Assembly: GCA_963698885.1 (NCBI GenBank)
Contig: CAVOSJ010000003.1
Coordinates: forward strand, 463,107-527,106
Length of the DNA: 64,000 nucleotides
Direction: 5' to 3'
Origin: Nitrospirota bacterium
GTDB taxonomy: Bacteria > Nitrospirota > JACRHJ01
The notes beneath the pieces were generated by a model. It was not told the DNA's origin and did not search any database. It saw only the letters and a list, made by a program, of their open reading frames with translations. This document shows, in pieces, positions 19,475-28,587 of the stretch. Every line of letters starts with the position of its first letter. Position 1 is the first letter of the stretch. The position numbers and the translations under genes were made by a program.

Positions 19475-20692
19475 TTACGCGTGCTTCGTCTGGAGTATCC
19501 CGAGTTCCCTGCCCACCTTTTCAAATATATTGAGTACCCGGTCGAGCTGGTCGAAGGTGTGGTTGGCCATGTAGCTCGTCCTGATGAGGGCCCTTCCGGG
19601 GGCCGTCGCCGGGCTGACCACCGGGTTCACGAACACGCCCTCTTCCTGGAGTCTCTTCGTCATCATGAATGCGGTCATGTCCTCGCCCACGACGACCGAG
19701 ACGACAGGCGTCTCGCTCACGCCGATATCGTAGCCCATCTCCTTAAAGCCCTTCTGCATTTTATGGGTATTGTCCCAAAGGGCCTTGCGCCTCTCCGGCT
19801 CGCTCTCGATAATATCCAGGGCGGCAATTACCGACGCGACCGAAGACGGGGGCGGGCTTGCGGAGAATATCAGGGCGCGGGCATGGTGCTTTATGTAGTC
19901 TATTACGTCGAGTTCCGCGACGACAAAGCCGCCGATGGAGGCAAGCGACTTGCTGTACGTCCCCATTATGATATCGACTTTGTCTTCCAGGCCGAAATGC
20001 TCCGCCGTCCCCCTGCCGTTCTTTCCAAGCACGCCAATGCCGTGAGCGTCGTCCACCATTACGCGCGCGCCGTGGATCCTGGCTACGTCCACTATCCTGG
20101 GCAGGTCGGCTATGTCGCCCTCCATCGAGAAGACGCCGTCGACGACGACCATCTTGCCGCCTTTGCCGTCCTGGGTAAGGACCCGGTCCAGGTCTTCCAT
20201 GTCGTTGTGTTTGAATTTCCTGGCGTCGCCGAAGGAGAGCCTGCAGCCGTCTATGATGCTGGCATGGTCGAGCTTATCTATGAATACGGTATCGTCCTTG
20301 CCCACGATGGCGGAAATCGTGCCCAGGTTTGTCTGGAACCCGGTGGAAAACGTGATCGCCGCCGGTTTATTCATGAACTTCGCCAGGCGCTCTTCAAGCT
20401 CCTCGTGGATGTCCAGCGTGCCGTTTAAGAACCTGGAGCCGGCGCAACCGGTGCCGTACTTTTTTATGGCGGCAATTGCCGCTTCTTTTACCTTGGGGTG
20501 GTTGGTGAGGCCCAGATAATTGTTCGAGCCGAGCATTATCAGCTCTTTGCCGGCGATGGTTATTATCGGGTCCTGTGGTGAATCTATTCTGCGGAAATAA
20601 AGATAGGCGCCTATCGCCTTTAAATCGTCCGCTTTTGTAAACTTTTTGCACTTCCCGAAAATGTCCAAGCTGTCATCCTCCCTCAAAGCCAT
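19475..20692 (-). CDS. spt: alpha-oxoamine synthase, serine palmitoyltransferase-like (PLP-dependent)
   Basis: The protein contains LGSNNYLGLTNHP and DDAHGIGVLG. The PLP-Lys region GTYSKSLASIGGFVVA resembles the Spt-type GTFSKS motif rather than Kbl or BioF. The start at 20692 (MALREDD..) overlaps the upstream gene by 10 nt. Confidence 0.75.
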   Translation of the reverse strand: MALREDDSLDIFGKCKKFTKADDLKAIGAYLYFRRIDSPQDPIITIAGKELIMLGSNNYLGLTNHPKVKEAAIAAIKKYGTGCAGSRFLNGTLDIHEELEERLAKFMNKPAAITFSTGFQTNLGTISAIVGKDDTVFIDKLDHASIIDGCRLSFGDARKFKHNDMEDLDRVLTQDGKGGKMVVVDGVFSMEGDIADLPRIVDVARIHGARVMVDDAHGIGVLGKNGRGTAEHFGLEDKVDIIMGTYSKSLASIGGFVVAELDVIDYIKHHARALIFSASPPPSSVASVIAALDIIESEPERRKALWDNTHKMQKGFKEMGYDIGVSETPVVSVVVGEDMTAFMMTKRLQEEGVFVNPVVSPATAPGRALIRTSYMANHTFDQLDRVLNIFEKVGRELGILQTKHA

Positions 20693-21660
20693 CCATGTAG
20701 CCTGTACCACTCGGCAGTAATTTTTGCGCCCGCCGGGAAATCAACACGGGCGGCAAACCCTAAAATCTCTTCGGCCTTGCTTGTATCCACTACCCAGAAG
20801 CGCTGTCTTATCTCCGCCATCTTCTGGCGGTTAAGAAGCGCCGGTCTTCCGGAAATGAAGGAAAACGCCTCGGCGCATAACGCGACGCCCCCCATCAAGG
20901 GGATCGGGATAACCAGTCTCCTGGCCTTCACCCCCAGGGAAGAGGCGATAGCCTCACCCATCCTGTCCCAGTCGTTCTGGACCGGATGCGCCAGGAAAAA
21001 GGCGTCTCCGGATTTCGTCTGCTTCAGCGCCGCCTTAAGCGTACCGTCAACTATATCAGAAACATAGCAGACGGAAAGCAACCTTTTTTCAGAGAACGCG
21101 GTCCGGAACCCACGGCTGACCATCTTGAAAAAGGTCAGGATATCCCGGTCTCTCGGGCCGTAAACCGCCGTCGGCCTGACTATCGCGATATTCAGCTCGT
21201 CTTTGGCGGACAGCGCATATCGCTCGGCTTCGAGCTTGCTCCTGCCGTAGTCGGATACCGGCTCGGCAGGGTCGTCCTCGCGCCTTGGCTGGCCTTCCTT
21301 CGACGGCCCCGCGGCGGCCTGGCTGGATACCAGGACGAACTTTCTTATCCGGCCGGCTTCCTTTATCGCCGCATGGAGGAGGTTCTCCGTCCCCTGTGCG
21401 TTTACGCTGTAATAATCTTGCGGCTTAACGGCCTTTGTAATCCCGGCGGCATGGAAGACATAGTCCACGCCCTTCACCGCATCGGACAAACCCGCAGGCG
21501 CCGCGCAGTCCCCTCTCACCGCCTCTACATCCAGCCCGGCAAGCCAGGATAATTTATTCGGGTCACGGACAAGGCACCTCACCTCGATGCCTTCCTTCAG
21601 GAGGGCCTCGACGAGATGGCTTCCGATGAACCCGGTCCCTCCTGTCACCAAGGCCTTCAT
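20683..21660 (-). CDS. NAD(P)-dependent epimerase/dehydratase-family reductase (CerR-like candidate)
   Basis: The canonical Rossmann N-terminus MKALVTGGTGFIGSHL begins at the ATG at 21660. A YxxxK motif is present (YGRSK). The ORF-track extension to 21723 adds 21 non-Rossmann residues. Confidence 0.85.
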   Translation of the reverse strand: MKALVTGGTGFIGSHLVEALLKEGIEVRCLVRDPNKLSWLAGLDVEAVRGDCAAPAGLSDAVKGVDYVFHAAGITKAVKPQDYYSVNAQGTENLLHAAIKEAGRIRKFVLVSSQAAAGPSKEGQPRREDDPAEPVSDYGRSKLEAERYALSAKDELNIAIVRPTAVYGPRDRDILTFFKMVSRGFRTAFSEKRLLSVCYVSDIVDGTLKAALKQTKSGDAFFLAHPVQNDWDRMGEAIASSLGVKARRLVIPIPLMGGVALCAEAFSFISGRPALLNRQKMAEIRQRFWVVDTSKAEEILGFAARVDFPAGAKITAEWYRLHGWL

Positions 21661-21804
21661 CGGGCAGATTTTATAACCTTTTGTAATGCTTTGCAAGTCA
21701 AAAAGTCTAAGGCGGCGTTTCATAGCCGCTGGCGCGGTCTTATTTAATGTATGTGGAACAGAATCGGCGGGAAAAAGGCTCTTTTTGACTGTTTGAGGGG
21801 CTTT

Positions 21805-21837
21805 TATTAAAAAAAGGAGGGCTTTTGCCCTCCTTCA
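21805..21837 (-). terminator. intrinsic terminator after the perR-like operon
   Basis: On the minus strand the sequence reads AAGGAGGGC-aaaa-GCCCTCCTT followed by TTTTTTAAT. Confidence 0.7.
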
Positions 21838-21876
21838 AAGATTGTGAAGAAAAAATTAATTCGCTTTAATACTCAC

Positions 21877-22065
21877 TCACCTTTGAAGTTCATATCTACA
21901 TCCTGCTCCACAGCAGTCCTTTTTGCCACACCCAGCTTGTGTTCGTTTATTATCTCCATCCTCACCCTCCCTGGTTTCTTGTATATGTCCGATGTTGCCG
22001 CGCCTTAGTGTGCACTCGGGCGGAGGTTTCTGAAAATTGCGCCGCCTCTTTACTACTTTCTGCAT
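21877..22065 (-). CDS. small ORF(s) downstream of the Fur-family gene: a 62-aa basic/Cys-rich ORF, or a nested 28-aa ORF (21877..21963) in another frame
   Basis: The ATG at 22065 lies 3 nt after the fur-like stop and is preceded by GAGG. The C-terminus reads GCGKKDCCGAGC. The alternative ORF, MEIINEHKLGVAKRTAVEQDVDMNFKGE, has a better SD (GGGAGGGTGAGG). I cannot decide between them from sequence alone. Confidence 0.3.
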   Translation of the reverse strand: MQKVVKRRRNFQKPPPECTLRRGNIGHIQETREGEDGDNKRTQAGCGKKDCCGAGCRYELQR

Positions 22066-22068
22066 TTA

Positions 22069-22470
22069 TCAGCCTCGCGTCTTACGGCACTTGGGGCAGA
22101 GTCCGTAAAATTCCACGTGCCGTCCGTTTACCATATAGCCCTGCGCAAGCTCTTCCGGGACTTCCAGCGGAAAATCCATGTGTATATCCACTATCTTTTT
22201 ACAGCTGTCGCATATCAGGTGGTGATGAAGCTTTGTATTCGGGTCGTAGCGCTTCCTCTCGTCGTCGATATTCAGCTCCCACACCCGGTCCATGTCTTTC
22301 AGCGTCTGGAGCGTGTTATAGACGGTGGTGAAGGAGATCATGGGGTATTTTTTGCGGACGGCCTCATAAATCGCCTCCGCCGACGGATGGGACTTGTTAC
22401 CATCTAAATATTTTAAAATTGCCGCCCTCTGCGGAGTATTTTTAAGCTTTTTATCCTTATTTTCTACCAT
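22069..22470 (-). CDS. Fur-family transcriptional regulator (PerR/Zur-like)
   Basis: The protein is 133 aa. It has a winged-helix N-terminus, HHHLICDSCKK and a C-terminal CPKC, which together form a structural Zn site. Confidence 0.9.
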   Translation of the reverse strand: MVENKDKKLKNTPQRAAILKYLDGNKSHPSAEAIYEAVRKKYPMISFTTVYNTLQTLKDMDRVWELNIDDERKRYDPNTKLHHHLICDSCKKIVDIHMDFPLEVPEELAQGYMVNGRHVEFYGLCPKCRKTRG

Positions 22471-22483
22471 ATTGCTCCCTCAG

Positions 22484-22535
22484 AATGAAATCATTGTTAC
22501 ATGGTAAGTATTGCATATTGGAGTGAACTTGTCAA
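22484..22535 (-). promoter_or_regulatory. sigma-70-type promoter (TTGACA-17-AATACT) with a downstream AATGA-N2-TCATT palindrome, a candidate Fur/PerR operator
   Basis: The minus strand reads TTGACAagttcactccaatatgcAATACT...aacAATGAttTCATTctgagggagcaatATG. Confidence 0.45.
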
Positions 22536-22651
22536 TACGGAAACCGGATCGCGTGCTGATTGCCGAGGTATTGGTCCTTAGGCGCCAGGGGGTACTTGGC
22601 AAGTGCGTCAAGGTTTTGTGCGACGAGGGGCTTATTTGGGCAACTGCGAAC

Positions 22652-22682
22652 GAAAAAGGGGCTACGGAGAATCCGTAACCCC
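22652..22682 (-). terminator. intrinsic terminator after tRNA-Lys
   Basis: The minus strand reads GGGGTTACGG-attct-CCGTAGCCCC followed by TTTTT. The stem has one mismatch. Confidence 0.6.
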
Positions 22683-22693
22683 TTCGAGATTAC

Positions 22694-22769
22694 TGGTGAG
22701 CCGCCTGGGATTCGAACCCAGCACACCCGCCTTAAAAGGGCGGTGCTCTACCAAATGAGCTAGCGGCCC
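22694..22769 (-). tRNA. tRNA-Lys (anticodon UUU)
   Basis: The reverse complement folds as a cloverleaf: GGGCCGC TA GCTC ATTTGGTA GAGC A CCGCC CTTTTAA GGCGG GTGTG CTGGG TTCGAAT CCCAG GCGGCTC A CCA. CCA is encoded. Confidence 0.93.
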
Positions 22770-22811
22770 GCGATTAACAGGCGGCAAAAATACCAGAGGA
22801 AGACGCGAAAG

Positions 22812-24150
<1,339 letters not shown>

Positions 24151-24155
24151 TCAGT

Positions 24156-25733
24156 CTATATTTTAACGTACTTAACCGAAAGCACGTTCGGGAGCTTGTT
24201 AAGCTCCGCGATAACTTCCTTCGAAGGCGCGGCGTCAATGGATATGACGGATATTGCCTTCCCGCCTTTCTCGTCCCGCCCGAACTGCATCCTCGCGATG
24301 TTTATCCCGTTCTTCCCCAGGGCGGTGCCCAGGTTCCCGATGACGCCGGGACGGTCGTCGTTGGAGGTCACAAGCATGTCTCCCTCCGGCACGACCTCGA
24401 CCCTGAAATTGTCCACTGCGACAATCCTTGGGTCTTTCTTGAAATAAAGCGCGCCCGATACGGAGAAACTTTTCTTGCCGGAAGACGCCGTAACCTTTAT
24501 GAGGCTCGGATAGTCCTTGTTGTCGGAAGATTTTACTTCCTTGACCTCTATCCCCCTGTCCTTGGCGATGAAAGGCGCGTTAACGTAATTGACGGCCTCC
24601 TCGAGGATGGGGTTTAAAAGTCCTTTCAGTACCGCGGTGGTTATCGGCGCAGGGTCCAGGTCCGCGACCTCTCCGCTGTATTCTATCGTGACGGATACCA
24701 GCGCCCCTTCGTATATCTGCGCAAGGAAAGAACCCATTTTCTCCGCCAGGCCAAGGTACGGCTGGACCTTGGGCAGGATGTCCGCGGGGACGAAAGGCAC
24801 GTTGACCGCGTTCCTCGCCACGCCCTTCACCAGGTAGTCCACAAGCTGCTCCGCGACGGCCCTGGCGACGTTCAACTGCGCCTCTTCCGTGCTTGCCCCC
24901 AGATGCGGCGTGCAGATGAAATTGTCCAGCTCCAGAAGCGGGTTATCCTCCGGCGGCTCCTTCTCGAAAACGTCCAGCGCGGCCCCGGCCACCTTGCCCG
25001 ATTTCAAGGCTTCGTAGAGCGCCTTCTCGTCCACTATCCCGCCGCGCGCGCGTTGATTATCCTTACGCCGTCCTTCATCTTGGCGATGGTCTGGGCGTTT
25101 ATAAGGCCGCGGGTCTCGTCCGTCAGCGGAGAGTGTATGGTTATGAAATCCGAACGCGAATATATGCATTCAAGGTCGCATGATTCGACGCCCAGCGATG
25201 CCGCCCTCTCCGGAGAGAGGTACGGGTCGAACGCCAGCACGGTCATCCCAAGCGCCTGCGCCCTCTTTGCAATCTGGGTGCCGATTGCGCCCATGCCGAT
25301 TACGCCCAGCGTCTTCTGGAAGAGTTCGACGCCCTCGAAATTTTTTCTTCTCCCACTTCCCGGCCTTAAGGCTTGCCGTGGCCTGCGGGATGTTTCTTGC
25401 GAGGGACATCATCATGGACAATGCATGTTCCGCGGTGGTAACGGTATTGCCGCCGGGGGTATTCATGACCACAATCCCGCGCTTGCTTGCGGCTACTTTA
25501 TCGACGTTATCCAGCCCGGAACCGGCCCTGCCTATAACCTTCAGGTTCTTGGCGGCGTCAACTACGTCGGCGGTCACTTTCGTGGCGCTTCTTATCACGA
25601 GGCCGTCGAACTCGCCTATCACGCTCTTCAGCTCGTCGGGGGTCATCCCCGTCTTCACGGTGACGTCCAGGCCGCCTTTTTTAAGTATCTCGACCCCTTC
25701 CGGAGAAAGGCTGTCGCTGATTAAGACTTTCAT
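24156..25733 (-). pseudogene. serA: D-3-phosphoglycerate dehydrogenase with C-terminal ACT domain, two frame breaks (25336-25346 and 25041-25052)
   Basis: Three collinear pieces make up the gene. ORF 25170..25733 is the N-terminal substrate domain. ORF 25034..25294 carries GVIGMGAIGTQIA, the NAD site. ORF 24156..25169 carries GGIVDE...TPHLGAST, the ASB domain and the ACT domain. Confidence 0.93.
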
Positions 25734-25754
25734 TTTGAAATGCCTCCTTGAAGG

Positions 25755-26899
25755 ATCAGAATTTCATCAGTATCTCTTGCGCCGCCGCCACGCCCTTGCC
25801 GAGCTCGATTTTCGCGCCCATTTCCTTCAAGGGCCATCTCGGCGCAGGATATACCGATTATTATATCGAACGTGTTGAAGTAGCCAAGGTGCGCTATCCG
25901 GAATATTTTTCCTTTAAGGTCCCCCTGGCCGCCGGCGACGGTGACTCCATACTTGTCCCGCATCACCTTGGTCAGTTTCCCGCCGTCTATCCCCTCAGGC
26001 ACTTCCACGGCCGTCAAGGCCAGGGTCGGGGACTCCTTGGCGTAGAGCTTCAGGCCCATCGCCGTCACCGCGGCCCGGGTCGCGTTGGCCAGCCTCTCGT
26101 GCCTTTTGAATATGTTCTCCAGGCCCTCGGCCTTCATCATCGAGAGCACCGCGTTCAGCCCAACGACGAGAGAGGAAGCGGTAGTGAAATTCGTCTGGTT
26201 CTTTTCCAGGTTCTTTCTTTCTTTTTTGAAGTTGAAATAGTACCTGGAGCATTTCGCGCTCTCGTTCATCTTCCAGGCCTTCTCGCTCACGGAGACGAAG
26301 GCGAGGCCGGGCGGCAGCATAAGGGCCTTCTGCGAACCCGTTATGCAGACGTCGATGCCCCATTTGTCCACCGGCATATCGAATACGCCCATGGCCGTAA
26401 TCGCGTCCACCACGAAAAGGCAATTGGGATATTTTTTTACTATCTCCCCTATCTCCCTGGTCGGATGGGCGACGCCGGTCGAGGTCTCGGACGCCTGGAT
26501 GAGCACGGCCTTTATCGACGGGTCCTTCTTAAGCTCGGCCTCAACCTGCTCAGGCTTTACCGCGTATCCCCACTCGACGTCGATATTGATGGGCAGGACG
26601 CCGTACGCCTCGCATATCTCGGTCCACCTCTCGCCGAATTTACCGCCCCGTACGACGACCGCCTTATCGCCTGGAGAGAGGAAGTTATTCACCGCTCCGA
26701 CCATGCCTCCCGTCCCGGTGGATGCCAGGATGAGGACCATGTTCTCCGTCTGGAAGAGCCATTTAAGGTCGTTCTTGGCTGATTCCAGGATGGGGATGAA
26801 GTCCGGGGAGCGGTGGTGGATAATCGGCATGGACATTGCAGTCAGCGCCTCGGGCGGCACGGGCGTGGGTCCGGGCGCGAGGAGATAAGTTTTTTTCAT
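25755..26899 (-). pseudogene. class-V aminotransferase (serine-pyruvate / phosphoserine aminotransferase-like), C-terminal frame break near 25828
   Basis: The N-terminus is MKKTYLLAPGPTPVP and the PLP Lys lies in GSQKALM. After ..ISCAEMAL the +1 frame gives KEMGAKIELGKGVAAAQEILMKF*, with the stop at 25755-25757. That stop sits just before the AAGGAGG SD of serA. Confidence 0.85.
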
Positions 26900-27145
26900 A
26901 CGAGAGCCTCCTTGGGGCCATGAATACCGGCCTCGGATTGACAGTTAAGTATAATGAGAATATAGGACGCTGGATTTCCGGGAACCCTGTGTCCCGGAAA
27001 TAAAAAGAAGCGATACGTGTCAAATAGCGGGCTGATTTAAATGGACCTTGATGGCCTGCGCCCCCGGTTACGGAAGCGTCTGAAAATTAACACAAAGGGG
27101 GATAACTGTCAAGAATATTTTATTTTATGAGGCGATAAGCAGGCG

Positions 27146-27931
27146 CTACCGCACTTCCCTTATGCCCTTCAGCTCCTGCCCCTCGATTGTAAATTCCTTG
27201 TCCAGCCCCTCCGGGTTTACGATGTATTTCTCGAAATCCACCGTCAGCAGAATACCCTGCGCGATATCTTTTACCGTCAGTCTCTTAGGGAGCGCCGCCC
27301 CGCCCTGCTCCACCTTCCCCGATACCGTCACGTATAAGTAGGGCCGGGCAAGGCCGTCGAAAAATATCTTCCTTTCAAGGTTGAGTCCCGCGTCGAACTC
27401 GGCCTTCATCCGGGGCAGCAGGACGCCTTCATCCTTTACCGCCTGATAAATATCATAGCCGTCATCCGTCTTTTCGACAAGGTACTTCTCTTCCTCCTTT
27501 TTCTGCAAAAAGAGGGCTCGGCCTATTATCTCCGGGTCCGCCTGGACGCCGTTTTTGGCCAGGAAAGCTTTAAAAGATTCCCTTGGGCCGGTATATAGCC
27601 AGCCTTCGGACGGCCTGTAGAAGTAGAATTTATCGCCGGTCAGCACCAGGTCGAAAACCGTGAACCCCATGAAAGCGAGTCCGGTGAACCGGAAATTGTC
27701 CGGGCGCTCGATATACAGGACCCCGTCGATGCTCTGCGGGTTATTGCCGTCCTTCTGCACCGTCACCTTCACGGATGCTTTTAAACCCTTGATATTTTCA
27801 GTCCCGGCCGACGCCATCTTTATAACTTCATCCGGCGGCGTGTTGATTGGGATAGGTTTCACGATAGCGCGCGGGGCGCAGGAGGAAAGCAGTAACATTG
27901 CCGCGATGATCGCGAAATTTATTTTTTTCAT
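27146..27931 (-). CDS. outer-membrane lipoprotein, LolB/DUF4292-like
   Basis: A lipobox is present (MLLLSSC). The protein is 261 aa with a beta-rich profile typical of the LolA/LolB-fold DUF4292 family. The family call comes from memory of sequence patterns only. Confidence 0.55.
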   Translation of the reverse strand: MKKINFAIIAAMLLLSSCAPRAIVKPIPINTPPDEVIKMASAGTENIKGLKASVKVTVQKDGNNPQSIDGVLYIERPDNFRFTGLAFMGFTVFDLVLTGDKFYFYRPSEGWLYTGPRESFKAFLAKNGVQADPEIIGRALFLQKKEEEKYLVEKTDDGYDIYQAVKDEGVLLPRMKAEFDAGLNLERKIFFDGLARPYLYVTVSGKVEQGGAALPKRLTVKDIAQGILLTVDFEKYIVNPEGLDKEFTIEGQELKGIREVR

Positions 27932-28004
27932 CCGCTAAATATATTTCTTTCCTCTTTTTTAATCAACCTGAATTATTTTTCCTTGACTTGCTCCGCCATT
28001 TTAT

Positions 28005-28023
28005 GATATTGATAATCATCTTC
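28005..28023 (+). promoter_or_regulatory. Fur box upstream of fur
   Basis: GATATTGATAATCATCTTC matches 16 of 19 positions of the GATAATGATAATCATTATC consensus. A TTGACT -35 element lies at 27983-27988. Confidence 0.7.
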
Positions 28024-28096
28024 AATTTGAATATAAGACATTGGCGGCGCGACGGGCCACTTCGCGCGGCAAAGAAACCGGGATTAACGGGGCCAT

Positions 28097-28531
28097 ATGA
28101 GCAAAAGAATAGCCGACCTTAACAGATACCTCGCCGAAAAAGGCCTGAAAGTCACGCGCCAGCGTGAGGCCGTGGCGCAGGTATTCTTCGACACCACGGG
28201 CCATATCAGCGCCGAAGAGCTTTACCTCAAAGTATCCCGCTCCCACCCCGGCATCGGGCTTACCACCGTTTACCGCACGCTGCGGCTCTTAACTGAGGCC
28301 GGGCTTGCAAAGGAGCGCCGCTTCGCCGAAGACACGCAGGGAGTATTTGAAAAAGAAGACACGAGCCGGCATCACGACCATTTAATCTGCACCCGTTGCG
28401 GAAAGATCGTGGAGTTCAAGGAGCCGCTTATCGAGAAGCTCCAGGAGGACGTGGCCGCAAAACACGGCTTTTCCGTGGTGGACCACAGGATGGAGCTTTA
28501 CGGCCTCTGCAAGACATGCAGGACAGCCTGA
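28097..28531 (+). CDS. fur: ferric uptake regulator Fur
   Basis: The protein is 144 aa and contains HHDHLICTRCGK...CKTC. It lies directly upstream of feoB. Confidence 0.92.
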   Translation: MSKRIADLNRYLAEKGLKVTRQREAVAQVFFDTTGHISAEELYLKVSRSHPGIGLTTVYRTLRLLTEAGLAKERRFAEDTQGVFEKEDTSRHHDHLICTRCGKIVEFKEPLIEKLQEDVAAKHGFSVVDHRMELYGLCKTCRTA

Positions 28532-28560
28532 TTGAACCATTTTTTTAATGCGGAAGGATT

Positions 28561-28579
28561 GAAATTGATTATCATATTC
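28561..28579 (+). promoter_or_regulatory. Fur box upstream of feoB
   Basis: GAAATTGATTATCATATTC matches 14 of 19 positions of the Fur consensus. It ends 9 nt before the feoB ATG. Confidence 0.6.
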
Positions 28580-28587
28580 TCTTATAA

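Noticed and set aside
22532-22763. ORFs 22532..22726 (-) and 22560..22763 (+)
   Set aside because: They overlap tRNA-Lys and its terminator. They have no SD and no protein-like sequence.
26975-27000. Perfect 9-bp inverted repeat TTTCCGGGA...TCCCGGAAA upstream of the aminotransferase-serA operon, considered as a terminator
   Set aside because: The T-run precedes rather than follows the stem on the transcribed (minus) strand. No plus-strand gene ends here. It may be a protein-binding site, but there is nothing more to support a call.
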